Below are positions 20,947 through 30,324 of a stretch of DNA of 64,000 nt, piece after piece. How positions within the stretch are numbered: the stretch's first letter is position 1; every line of letters starts with the position of its first letter. The stretch is from Faecalibacterium sp. CAG:74 (lineage in GTDB: Bacteria; Bacillota; Clostridia; Christensenellales; Aristaeellaceae): NCBI GenBank assembly GCA_000437595.1, contig FR899900.1:133729-197728 (forward strand), read 5' to 3'. A program made the position numbers and the translations under genes. The notes beneath the pieces were generated by a model that was not told the origin of the DNA, searched no databases, and saw nothing but the letters and a program-made list of their open reading frames with translations.

Positions 20947-20995
20947 CTTTTGCATTGTCGAATACGGATAATTTTTTCCCAGATATATCTGCACG

Positions 20996-21052
20996 ATTTG
21001 CATAGTAGTGTGGACAATTTGCATAGACGCGCCGCCCTTTCTCCGCTATAAT
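20996..21052 (+). promoter_or_regulatory. candidate AraC-type operator (two direct repeats ATTTGCATAG spaced 21 bp) overlapping the -35 of a TATAAT promoter for the esterase gene
   Basis: ATTTGCATAG occurs at 20996-21005 and again at 21017-21026. TATAAT is at 21047-21052, the right distance from the second repeat for class II activation. Confidence 0.45.
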
Positions 21053-21138
21053 GAGGGTAACTTCCGGATGAGGTAATGCAGCCGTCGCCTCCCGGACAAT
21101 GTGCAAAGGTTCGGCTGAAAGAGAAAAGGAGGATCTCT

Positions 21139-23919
21139 ATGAAACGATTTTTCCTGCTGCTGCTCGCTGCTATCATCGGGCTGCTGCCGCTGATGAGCGC
21201 CTGCGCTGAAGCGCCGCTGGACGGGTATCCCGGCATTGATGAGCTGCCCGCCATCGACACAATCAACAATCCATTTGAGTTTTTCGACGTGAAGAATGAC
21301 CCGAACGGCGACGGCATTGTGACCGACATCACCGAATGGGAAGCGCGCCGCACCGAAATCCGCGATTTGATCCAGCACTACTGGCTGGGCTACCGCTGGG
21401 AAACCGCGGCGGAGGACGTGTCTGGCAAGTACGAGATTGTCTACGAGGACAACACCGCGTCCTACGGCGGCTTCTATGGAATTTGGGGCACTTGCGTCTT
21501 CAACCTCGGCGACGAGTTCCGCAAGTTGTCCGCTGCGCTGCTGGAAGGTGAAGTGACGGTGGGCGACAAGACGTTCGGCCCTGCATCCACCAAGGCGGAA
21601 GCCAAGCAGCTTGCCATCGAGGCGTGGAACGCGGGCTACTCCGTCCACTACATTGGCGAACCGCCGTGGGGCACGGAAGGCGACGCGGTGTTCGTGAACA
21701 CCACCGGCGCGATTACCGCGGAAACCATCCCCGCCCGTGTGCGCCCCGTGTATCAGGCGGTCATTACCATCACGAATCCGGAAACGGGCGCAAAGGCGAG
21801 CTTCGCCGCGAAGCTGAATGTGCCCACGGATGCGCAGATTCTGGCGGCTTGGGGCGAAGAGAAGGATCAAGTACCGTTCGTGATTGATATCGGCGGTACC
21901 TCCGCATTCTCTGCTGCGAACTTGAACGGACAGGGCTACGGTCTGGTGACGTTCAAAGCCACTGACATTTACCCCGATGACTCCAATGCGGATGACGGCA
22001 TTGACCGTGCTGGCGTGTACACCACGCTCTACCCCTACGACGCGAACGACTACAAGCACGCATCCGGCGCACTGATGGCGTGGAGCTGGGCGGCCAGTCA
22101 GATTGTGACCGCCTTGGAAAACCAGGCAGAGGGCACGAGCCTGACGCTGGGCGAGCTGGTTCGCCTTGACCCGGCTAAGACCGTCATCACGGGTCATTCC
22201 CGCTACGGCAAGGCCGCCATGTTCACCTCGGCGTTTGACGACCGCATCAGCATCTGCGTGCCGAGCGAATGCGGCGGTTCGGGCATCCAGAGCTACCGCT
22301 ACAAGGTGGAAGGCAAGATTTTCAACTTCAACACCTCCGCCTACGCCAAGGCTGACCGTGTCTACGGCAAGACCGAAGTGCCGACCGTGTCCTACGGCAA
22401 GGGCAACAGCTGGTTCCCGGAGACGGCTGCTATGTTCGTCGCCCGTGACAACCAGATTCCGTTTGACCCGGTGGAAATCATCGCGCTGGTTGCGCCACGC
22501 CCCTTCTTCACCGTGTCAGGCATTGACACCCACTGGCTGGGCAATGAAGGCGCTGTCGCCAGCATGGTTGCAGCAGAAGAGGTTTACGATTTCGTCGGCA
22601 CGACGGAAATCGAGAAAAACAACATTGCTGTTCGTGCCCGCCAGAGTGACCACGTCTTCTACCCGCGTGACTTCTGCTTTGCGCTGGCGATTATGGATCG
22701 CGAATTCAAGCAGACGGACGACAAGCTGCTGCATGTGAAGGATCTGTTCCCGGAAGGCACTGGCATTTCCGGCATGTCCTACCCGGCGGCGGATTACGCA
22801 ACCATCAGCGAACTGAACGACTACCCGTTTGACATCAATTCTTCCTACATCCCGTGGTCTGCCGAAAGCAAGTACACGCTGTGGACGGCGCAGGAAACCT
22901 TCCTGACGAACCACAATGTTACCATTACCGCGCATTCCGACGCGCCCGACGTGGTGCTGGTGCTGCCGGACGGCAGGGAAGTCGCCGCCGCTTCGCACGA
23001 GGGTGACGTGTTCACCTTCACCTTGACTGCCGAACAGTCCGTCTACGGGCGCTACGAACTGCGCACCGTCGGCACGGACAAGGCGGCGCACAGCGTCTAC
23101 TTCTCCGCCGTTTCGCTGGCGGATGCGCTCCGTCACGGCACGACGAAGGGCGACGAGGGCGAAGAGAACCGCGTGCTGGGCTTCGCGTCCCGTCTGGCGA
23201 ACACGAAGGAGAATCCCCCGCTGGTCTACATCGGCAGCGAAACCGAACCCGCTTCTATGATTTTCACACCTGAACGTGTGGTGCCGGAAGACACGAGCCT
23301 GCTGGAATACGGCATTCTGTTCCACGACGCGCTGTTTATCCGCATTGCAAACGCTGGCTGGGACGCTTCGCAGACCTTCAAGGTGAAGAACCTGAAGTTT
23401 GTCTCCATGCCGGAATACACCTTCGAGTTCTCGATGGCGGACATTGCCGCTTCCGCTGAAAACAACGGCAAGCAGGATGCTGCGCTGTTCACCAAGCCGA
23501 TTTCTTGGAACGCTGAGCGCTACAACAACGGTTTCTCGCAGGTGTGGCCCGCGATTCCGGATACGCTGGAAGAGCGGCAGGCGCTTGAACGCGGCGAAAC
23601 CATCACCCGCCCCGAAGCGCCCGAAAAGACCGTGACCGCCTTTGACGCGACCGTCTCCGGCAAAGCGGCACTGTCGGACACCGCGCTGACCATCACGCTG
23701 ACCTTCTCCGAAGCGCTGCGCACGGGTGAATACGCTGTCGGCATGGACATTGCCGAAGCGTGGGAAACCGCGTGGAATGCGGACGGCACGCAGATGACGC
23801 TGACCGTCCCCGCGGACGCGCTGAATGGACAGCACACCGTGAACCTCATCATCTTCCGCCTGATGGATACCGATGGCAACCTCATCGGCGGTCCGGTGGA
23901 ACTGCATTTGGACTTCTAA
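21139..23919 (+). CDS. large secreted lipoprotein with a carbohydrate esterase family 15 (glucuronoyl esterase)-like catalytic domain
   Basis: The start was trimmed to MKRFFLLLLAAIIGLLPLMSAC (lipobox-like) after AAAGGAGGATCTCT. The motif TGHSRYGKAA matches the CE15 G-C/H-S-R-x-G nucleophile motif. The 927-aa protein carries extra N- and C-terminal beta-rich domains. Confidence 0.55.
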   Translation: MKRFFLLLLAAIIGLLPLMSACAEAPLDGYPGIDELPAIDTINNPFEFFDVKNDPNGDGIVTDITEWEARRTEIRDLIQHYWLGYRWETAAEDVSGKYEIVYEDNTASYGGFYGIWGTCVFNLGDEFRKLSAALLEGEVTVGDKTFGPASTKAEAKQLAIEAWNAGYSVHYIGEPPWGTEGDAVFVNTTGAITAETIPARVRPVYQAVITITNPETGAKASFAAKLNVPTDAQILAAWGEEKDQVPFVIDIGGTSAFSAANLNGQGYGLVTFKATDIYPDDSNADDGIDRAGVYTTLYPYDANDYKHASGALMAWSWAASQIVTALENQAEGTSLTLGELVRLDPAKTVITGHSRYGKAAMFTSAFDDRISICVPSECGGSGIQSYRYKVEGKIFNFNTSAYAKADRVYGKTEVPTVSYGKGNSWFPETAAMFVARDNQIPFDPVEIIALVAPRPFFTVSGIDTHWLGNEGAVASMVAAEEVYDFVGTTEIEKNNIAVRARQSDHVFYPRDFCFALAIMDREFKQTDDKLLHVKDLFPEGTGISGMSYPAADYATISELNDYPFDINSSYIPWSAESKYTLWTAQETFLTNHNVTITAHSDAPDVVLVLPDGREVAAASHEGDVFTFTLTAEQSVYGRYELRTVGTDKAAHSVYFSAVSLADALRHGTTKGDEGEENRVLGFASRLANTKENPPLVYIGSETEPASMIFTPERVVPEDTSLLEYGILFHDALFIRIANAGWDASQTFKVKNLKFVSMPEYTFEFSMADIAASAENNGKQDAALFTKPISWNAERYNNGFSQVWPAIPDTLEERQALERGETITRPEAPEKTVTAFDATVSGKAALSDTALTITLTFSEALRTGEYAVGMDIAEAWETAWNADGTQMTLTVPADALNGQHTVNLIIFRLMDTDGNLIGGPVELHLDF

Positions 23920-23932
23920 TCCTTGAATCCCC

Positions 23933-23968
23933 TGCCCGTGGCGACGTAAAATCGTCACGGGCTTTTTT
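23933..23968 (+). terminator. rho-independent terminator
   Basis: GCCCGTGGCGACGTAAAATCGTCACGGGC hairpin followed by TTTTTTG. Confidence 0.75.
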
Positions 23969-24077
23969 GTTCCCGGCAAACTTCATTTTCGCTTCCTCGT
24001 AACTTCACATTGGCTTCATCCAATTGTGTCATAATTGCTTCCGGAACATCCATGAGATGGAAGGAGTCAGAGGAACT

Positions 24078-24917
24078 ATGAAGAAGACTGGAAAAATCAT
24101 TGCCATCATCGTCGTGCTTGCGCTCGTCGTGAGCGGCGTTTTCCTTTTTGCGGGTGGACGGAAAAATGCGGCTTACAGCGAGGAAATCGCCCGCACGCAG
24201 GACATCAGCACCTATTACACCTTTTCCGGCAACCTGTCGACAAAGGACAGCCAAATCGTCACCTCCACCGCAAAAACAACCGTCAAAGAGTGCCTGTTCT
24301 CCGAGGGCGACGCGGTGAAGAAGAACGACATTATCCTCAAATTTTCAAGCGGCGGCACGGCACGCGCGCCGATGGACGGCACGCTCTCGAACCTCTACGT
24401 CGAGGAAGGCGACGAGGTGACCATGGGGCAGCAGCTGCTACGTGTCGCAGATTACAGCAATCCGCAGATTGTGTTCAACGTGGATGAATACGACCGTCCG
24501 GCGCTCTCCGTCGGGCAGGCGGCGGATGTGACCGTGCTGTCCACTGGCAAGATGCTCACCGGCACCATCACCCGCATTGCGCAGGAAGCAACCGTATCCG
24601 GCGACTTGGCGTACTACGAGGTGACGATGACCGTGCCGCAGGACGGAACGCTCGCCATGGGCTTGAGCTGCGAAATCCGCGTGCTGTACCAGAGCGTGAA
24701 GAACGTTACGACCGTGTCGATTGACGCGATTCAGTACGATTCGGACGGCAAGCCGTTCGTCTACTGCTACGACCGCAAGGACGATATTGTACAGCAGCGC
24801 GTGACACTGGGCATCAACAACGGCTCGATTGTCGAAATCGTCGACGGCATCCGCACGGGCGAAGCGGTGTTGATTCCCGTGAAGAACACAATGGAAATGC
24901 CCATGATGCATTATTGA
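24078..24917 (+). CDS. efflux transporter periplasmic adaptor subunit (HlyD/MacA family, membrane-anchored)
   Basis: The start was trimmed to MKKTGKIIAIIVVLALVVSGVFLF (TM anchor) after GGAAGGAGTCAGAGGAACT. It has biotin-lipoyl-like and beta-barrel segments and sits upstream of the ABC ATPase and permease. Confidence 0.75.
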   Translation: MKKTGKIIAIIVVLALVVSGVFLFAGGRKNAAYSEEIARTQDISTYYTFSGNLSTKDSQIVTSTAKTTVKECLFSEGDAVKKNDIILKFSSGGTARAPMDGTLSNLYVEEGDEVTMGQQLLRVADYSNPQIVFNVDEYDRPALSVGQAADVTVLSTGKMLTGTITRIAQEATVSGDLAYYEVTMTVPQDGTLAMGLSCEIRVLYQSVKNVTTVSIDAIQYDSDGKPFVYCYDRKDDIVQQRVTLGINNGSIVEIVDGIRTGEAVLIPVKNTMEMPMMHY

Positions 24918-24935
24918 CGGAAAGGGGCATTCACC

Positions 24936-25628
24936 ATGGCGGAAAATATTCTGACAATGGAGAACATCGTCAAAACATACAAAATGGGCGATGAACAGCA
25001 GACGGTTTTGAAGGGCATTGACCTGCAGGTGGACAAGGGCGAATTTGTCGCCATTCTTGGCCCCAGCGGGTCGGGCAAATCAACGCTGATGAACATCATT
25101 GGCTGTCTGGACACGGCAACATCCGGCACATACCACTTGCATGGGCGGGACGTATCCGCGCTGAGCGAATCGGAGCTGGCGCGCGTGCGGTCAAAGGAAA
25201 TCGGGTTCATCTTCCAGTCGTTCCAGCTGCTTCAGCGTCAGGACGCGCTGCAAAACGTGGAACTTCCGCTGATTTACGCGGGCATGAGCGGCCACGAGCG
25301 CGCCGCGCGGGCGCAGCAAATGCTGGAGCGCGTCGGTTTGAAGGACAAGATGCACCACTTTCCGAACCAGCTTTCCGGCGGACAGCAGCAGCGCGTCGCG
25401 ATTGCCCGCGCGCTGGCGAACAACCCGACCATTCTGCTGGCGGACGAGCCGACGGGTGCGCTTGACCGGGCGACGGGACGGCAGGTGATGAGCCTCTTCC
25501 ATGACCTGAACGACGAGGGGCGCACGATTATCATGATTACGCACGACATTGAGATTGCCCGCCACGCGCGGCGCATTGTGCGCATCCTTGATGGGGAAAT
25601 CAGTGAAGGAGTGGTGGAAGATGCTTAA
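24936..25628 (+). CDS. ABC transporter ATP-binding protein (MacB/LolD-like)
   Basis: Walker A GPSGSGKST, signature LSGGQQQRVAIARAL, and Walker B ILLADEPT. Confidence 0.9.
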   Translation: MAENILTMENIVKTYKMGDEQQTVLKGIDLQVDKGEFVAILGPSGSGKSTLMNIIGCLDTATSGTYHLHGRDVSALSESELARVRSKEIGFIFQSFQLLQRQDALQNVELPLIYAGMSGHERAARAQQMLERVGLKDKMHHFPNQLSGGQQQRVAIARALANNPTILLADEPTGALDRATGRQVMSLFHDLNDEGRTIIMITHDIEIARHARRIVRILDGEISEGVVEDA

Positions 25629-26811
25629 AGAGAGCATTCGCATGTCGTGGCAGAACATCCGCGGCAACAAAATGCGCACCTTCCTGACGATGCTGGGCAT
25701 CATCATCGGCGTGACAGCGATTATCGCGCTGATTACGACGGTCGGCAGCGCAACGGGCGAAATCACGAGTCAATTCTCTGCCTTGGGCGCAGGTAAAGTG
25801 AGCGTAAGCATCAGCGGCACAGCCATCAAGCATGGGCTGAACGAAAGCGACCTCGCGCACATTGCTGCGCTGGACAATGTGGCGGGTGTTGACCCAAATG
25901 TCTCCCTGCGCACCTATGCCGCGCAGGACGGTCAGCTTGTGGAGGATGTGACGCTGGAGGGGCGCAGCAACGACTATTTTTCCGTGCAGGATGACCTGAT
26001 TGGGCGCGGTCGGGCGCTGAAGGCGATTGACATGGATCGTTCGAGCCATGTTTGCATCATCGACCAGACCTTGGCGTCCGCTGCCTTCCCGAACGAAGAC
26101 CCGCTGGGGCAGTCGCTGATTCTGCACGGGCAGCAGTTCACCGTCGTCGGCGTGCTGAGCGAGGACAGCGGAAGCGACCTGATGGCTGCCATGTCTGCCA
26201 GCAGCGACGGCGGCAAGGCGATTGTCCCCTATCCGGCGGCGATGCGGCTGAGCGGCTCAAACACCGTGCGGTCGCTGACGCTGTACTTGAAGGACTCGTC
26301 GTTATCCTCCGAAACCGTCGACAATGTGAAGCAGCTGCTGGACAGCGCGTTCAACTACCGCGACAGCGCGTACTCCATCATCAATCTGGACAGCCTGCTG
26401 GATACGATGAACAGCATCACCGGCATGATGACGACGATGCTGGCGGGCATTGCGTCGATTGCCCTGCTGGTTGGCGGCATCGGCATTATGAACATGATGC
26501 TCGTCTCCGTCAGCGAGCGAACGACGGAAATCGGCCTGCGCAAGGCGCTCGGCGCGCGTCCGGGGCTGATTCAAATGCAGTTCCTGATGGAATCGGTCAT
26601 GCTGTCGCTCATGGGCGGGTTCATCGGCATACTGGTAGGCAATCTCGTCTCGTGGATGATTGCAATGGCGCTGGATATTACCTTCCAGCTCAACGCAGGC
26701 GCAATCACGCTGGCGTTCGTGTTTTCCGCCTCGGTCGGCATTCTGTTCGGCTGGGCACCCGCGCGCAAGGCTTCACGGCTGAATCCTATTGATGCTTTGC
26801 GGTCGATGTGA
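25621..26811 (+). CDS. ABC transporter permease, FtsX/MacB-type
   Basis: The start ATG overlaps the ATPase stop (ATGCTTAAAG). It has an N-terminal TM, a large extracytoplasmic MacB_PCD-like domain, and a C-terminal FtsX 3-TM bundle. Confidence 0.85.
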   Translation: MLKESIRMSWQNIRGNKMRTFLTMLGIIIGVTAIIALITTVGSATGEITSQFSALGAGKVSVSISGTAIKHGLNESDLAHIAALDNVAGVDPNVSLRTYAAQDGQLVEDVTLEGRSNDYFSVQDDLIGRGRALKAIDMDRSSHVCIIDQTLASAAFPNEDPLGQSLILHGQQFTVVGVLSEDSGSDLMAAMSASSDGGKAIVPYPAAMRLSGSNTVRSLTLYLKDSSLSSETVDNVKQLLDSAFNYRDSAYSIINLDSLLDTMNSITGMMTTMLAGIASIALLVGGIGIMNMMLVSVSERTTEIGLRKALGARPGLIQMQFLMESVMLSLMGGFIGILVGNLVSWMIAMALDITFQLNAGAITLAFVFSASVGILFGWAPARKASRLNPIDALRSM

Positions 26812-26846
26812 TATAATAGAAGCATCAGCACAAGGAGGTTTCCGCC

Positions 26847-27521
26847 ATGTTTACGATTCTGGTGGTTGAGGATGACGCGCCGCTGCAGCGGATGATGAGC
26901 GCGTTTCTGGGGTTGAACGGCTTTTCAGTCGTCGGGGCTGCCAACGGCGAGGAAGCGCTGAACGCCATCGACAAGGTGATGCCCGATCTGGTCATTGCCG
27001 ACGTGATGATGCCGGTGATGGATGGCTGGGAACTGACGCGTGAACTGCGCCGCTGCTATCCGCGCCTGCCCATCATGCTGGTGACGGCGCGCGACACCAT
27101 TGAGGACAAGCGGACGGGCTTCACCTCCGGCGCGGATGACTACCTGACCAAGCCGGTCGATTTGGACGAGCTGCTGCTGCATGTGCAAGCGCTGCTGCGG
27201 CGGTCGCAGGCCATGACGAGCCACCAATTGACCATCGGGCAGACGCACTTGGATTACGATTCGCTGACCGTGCAGCGCGGTGACACGCTGCTGACGCTGC
27301 CGAAGAAGGAGTTTTTCCTGCTCTTCAAGCTCCTGTCCAGCCCGATGCAGATTTTCACGCGCCGGCAGCTGATGGACGAAATCTGGGGCATGGATGCGCA
27401 GAGCGACGAACGCACGGTGGACGTACACATCAAGCGTCTGCGCGAAAAGTGCGAGATTTTCCCTGATTTCAGCATCGTGACAGTGCGCGGCTTGGGCTAC
27501 AAGGCGGTCAAGAATGGATAA
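26847..27521 (+). CDS. OmpR-family response regulator
   Basis: ILVVEDD, DVMMP receiver motifs and a winged-helix C-terminus (SIVTVRGLGYK). RBS AAGGAGG. Confidence 0.9.
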   Translation: MFTILVVEDDAPLQRMMSAFLGLNGFSVVGAANGEEALNAIDKVMPDLVIADVMMPVMDGWELTRELRRCYPRLPIMLVTARDTIEDKRTGFTSGADDYLTKPVDLDELLLHVQALLRRSQAMTSHQLTIGQTHLDYDSLTVQRGDTLLTLPKKEFFLLFKLLSSPMQIFTRRQLMDEIWGMDAQSDERTVDVHIKRLREKCEIFPDFSIVTVRGLGYKAVKNG

Positions 27522-28893
27522 GCGCCGCATCATCCGCAAACCGTACTCCTTCCGCGGGCGCATGATTGCGGCGCTGATGATTGGCTCGCTGCTGGCAACC
27601 GTCATCAGCCTGTTTCTCGCCTTCTGCGTGACGCACATCAACCTCTTGCAGGAACTGAAAGTGCGTGAGCGCGCCGTCGCCATCTACCTGATGGAACTGG
27701 AACAGCGCACGGAGCTGAGAACAGACGAATTAGCCCGCTTGGTGGAGCAGAACGGCATCGAAGTCGCTGTGCTGTCGGACGAGGATGTCGCTGCCCTGTC
27801 CGCGGGCACGCAGCGGGAGCTGAAACGCGCGGGCATTGCCTACGAATCGACGACGTGGAAATCGCAGCGAAATCCGGTAACGTATGTGCAGATGCGCACA
27901 GGCGTCCTTGCAATTACCGCTGGCGGCGACGGCAGCAGCTACGGCATCGCGTTTGCGCGCATTATCTTCGGCTCAACCAGCTTTCTGGCAGTCTTTGCGC
28001 TGATGGTGACGCTGGCATCCTCCTGGATTTCCAAGCCCGTTCATGAAATCACGAATGCGACTCGCAAGGTCAAAGAGGGCGACTTCACCGTCAAACTGGA
28101 TGCCGCCCACGCGCCGGGCGAAATAGAGGAACTCATGCGTTCCTTTAACGCCATGACCGACGCGCTCAGCCGAACGTCCTACCTGCAGAAAGACTTCATC
28201 AGCTCCATCAGCCACGAATTCAAAACGCCGATTGCGTCCATCCGAGGCTTTGCGCGGCTGCTGCAAATGCCCGGCTTGACCGAGGCGCAGCGGCAGGAAT
28301 ATGTGGACTTAATTGCGCAGGAAAGCGACCGCTTGTCGCGCCTGTCGCAGACGCTGCTGCGCCTGTCCGCGCTGGAGCAGCAGTCCGCGCCCGCGTCGCT
28401 GAAGGAGTTTTCGCTGGATGAGCAGCTTCGTCAGGTCATCCTGCGCTTAGAACCGACATGGAGCGCGCGCGGCATCAGCTGGCAGCTGGATTTGAACAGC
28501 GTTACCGTCGTGTCGGACGAAGAGCTGCTCAGCCACGTCTGGATGAACATCATCCAAAACGCCATCAAGTTTTCGCCGGAGAATGCAGTTATCGAGGTGC
28601 GCGTGTTCGCCACAGATACGGCGACCGTTGAGATTACCGACCACGGCATCGGCATGGACGACGCGACCGTGAAGCGCATTTTCGACCGTTTCTATCAGGC
28701 AGACCGATCCCGCAAGCAGGAGGGTGTCGGCTTAGGGTTGTGCCTCGTCAAGCGGATTTTGGATATGCTTGGCGGCACAGTATCGGTTGACTCGCGCCCC
28801 GGCGAAGGCTCCACCTTCCGCATCCACGTCCCTTTCCGGCCCAAATATGATGAGGCCGCACACACTGGCGAAAGAGAGGGTAAAAGCCCATGA
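27514..28893 (+). CDS. sensor histidine kinase (TM-HAMP-HisKA-HATPase_c)
   Basis: H-box SHEFKTPIASI, with N, G1 (DHGIGMD) and G2 boxes. Its start overlaps the regulator stop. Confidence 0.9.
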   Translation: MDKRRIIRKPYSFRGRMIAALMIGSLLATVISLFLAFCVTHINLLQELKVRERAVAIYLMELEQRTELRTDELARLVEQNGIEVAVLSDEDVAALSAGTQRELKRAGIAYESTTWKSQRNPVTYVQMRTGVLAITAGGDGSSYGIAFARIIFGSTSFLAVFALMVTLASSWISKPVHEITNATRKVKEGDFTVKLDAAHAPGEIEELMRSFNAMTDALSRTSYLQKDFISSISHEFKTPIASIRGFARLLQMPGLTEAQRQEYVDLIAQESDRLSRLSQTLLRLSALEQQSAPASLKEFSLDEQLRQVILRLEPTWSARGISWQLDLNSVTVVSDEELLSHVWMNIIQNAIKFSPENAVIEVRVFATDTATVEITDHGIGMDDATVKRIFDRFYQADRSRKQEGVGLGLCLVKRILDMLGGTVSVDSRPGEGSTFRIHVPFRPKYDEAAHTGEREGKSP

Positions 28894-29567
28894 ACACCGA
28901 TTCGCAGCATCTTCAGCAGGTCAGCGAGGAATTTCAGCGCATGGTGGAGGAATTTTTTCTGGTGCAGTCGCGCTACTCCGCCGCAATCAAGGAGATTCAG
29001 ACGAAGCTCGAAATCCTTGATGACGAGTTCCAAATGCGTCATCGCCGCAATCCCATCCACCACATGCAGAGCCGGCTGAAAACCATCCAGTCGATGCTGG
29101 AGAAGCTAAAGCGCAAGAACTACGAAGTCAGCATCAACAGCGCCGTCAAAAACTTGCAGGATATTGCCGGCATCCGCGTTATCTGCTCGTATGTGCAGGA
29201 CGTGTATACCATTGCGAACCTGCTGGTCAGCCAAGACGACGTGCATTTGGTTCGCATGGCGGATTACATCCGCGAGCCGAAACCGAACGGCTACCGCAGT
29301 CTGCATTTGATTGTTGAAATTCCTGTTTTTCTCTCCGAAGGGCGGATTCTTGTACCCGTCGAGGTGCAGATTCGCACGATTGCCATGGACTTCTGGGCTT
29401 CGCTGGAGCATTCGCTCCGCTACAAGGCGCAGGAGTACATTCCGCAGCACATTTCCGACGAATTGCAGCGCGTCGCGACGGACATTGCATCCCTTGACCA
29501 GCGGATGCAGGCGATTCACGATCAGGTGGACGAGCTGAGCGACGCGCGCAGTGACAACGCCACATAA
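28890..29567 (+). CDS. small alarmone synthetase, RelA/SpoT-domain GTP pyrophosphokinase (RelQ/RelP/YjbM-YwaC class)
   Basis: 225 aa single-domain protein with GIRVICSY, YRSLHLIV and EVQIRT synthetase motifs and no hydrolase domain. Its ATG overlaps the kinase stop (ATGA). Confidence 0.85.
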   Translation: MNTDSQHLQQVSEEFQRMVEEFFLVQSRYSAAIKEIQTKLEILDDEFQMRHRRNPIHHMQSRLKTIQSMLEKLKRKNYEVSINSAVKNLQDIAGIRVICSYVQDVYTIANLLVSQDDVHLVRMADYIREPKPNGYRSLHLIVEIPVFLSEGRILVPVEVQIRTIAMDFWASLEHSLRYKAQEYIPQHISDELQRVATDIASLDQRMQAIHDQVDELSDARSDNAT

Positions 29568-29589
29568 TATGATTTCCAGAGGTGAAGAC

Positions 29590-30264
29590 ATGGAACAGTA
29601 CCCGAAGAAACTGCCACCGCAGGTGGACAGCCGTCTGCGGCACAGTATCCTTGAAATGCCCATAGAAATCCGCAAGGCAAGCGGCATCGTGATTTACGGG
29701 CGCCGCATCAAGAGCCTTGTTTTTACGACCGATTTGGCGATTATCAAGAACTGCGACGCGGACGCGGTGTTCGCCGTCTATCCATTCACGCCGCAGCAGT
29801 CCATCAGCGATGCGATTATCAAAGCGTCCTATATTCCCGTTTTCTGCGGCGTGGGCGGCGGAACGACGCAGGGGCTTCGCACCGTTTCGCTCGCGAAGGA
29901 TGCCGAAGCGCAGGGGGCAATGGGCGTTGTGCTGAATGCGCCCGTATCGAACCTGAATCTGCTCGCGGTCTCGAAGGCGGTGGACATTCCTGTCATCATC
30001 ACCGTGATTGACGAAGTGACCGACATTGGACAGCGGATTGCATCCGGTGCGTCGATTCTCAACGTCGCGGGCGGGGCGAATACCCCGGCGATTGTGCGAA
30101 AAATTCGCACGGAGTACCCGGATTTTCCGATTATCGCCACCGGCGGCAATAAGCCAGATACCATCGCCGCGACGGTTGCGGCAGGCGCGAACGCGATTAC
30201 GTTTACGCCGCCATCCGCACAGGAACTGTTCAAAGCGATGATGACCCGTTATCGGGACGAGTAA
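29590..30264 (+). CDS. hypothetical protein, predicted phosphate-binding TIM-barrel-like fold
   Basis: 224 aa. The alternating beta-alpha pattern ends in IIATGGNKPDTIAATVAAGANAITF, reminiscent of the ribulose-phosphate-binding barrel phosphate clasp. No confident family assignment is possible from sequence alone. Confidence 0.45.
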   Translation: MEQYPKKLPPQVDSRLRHSILEMPIEIRKASGIVIYGRRIKSLVFTTDLAIIKNCDADAVFAVYPFTPQQSISDAIIKASYIPVFCGVGGGTTQGLRTVSLAKDAEAQGAMGVVLNAPVSNLNLLAVSKAVDIPVIITVIDEVTDIGQRIASGASILNVAGGANTPAIVRKIRTEYPDFPIIATGGNKPDTIAATVAAGANAITFTPPSAQELFKAMMTRYRDE

Positions 30265-30324
30265 AAAGTGCATAAAAGCCCGGCAATCAGCCATACTATC
30301 CGTATCAACAGGAGGTGTCGTTTG

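Noticed and set aside
22516-23979. 487-aa minus-strand ORF (and 21046..22197 minus)
   Set aside because: Antisense to the CE15-like esterase gene. No motifs.
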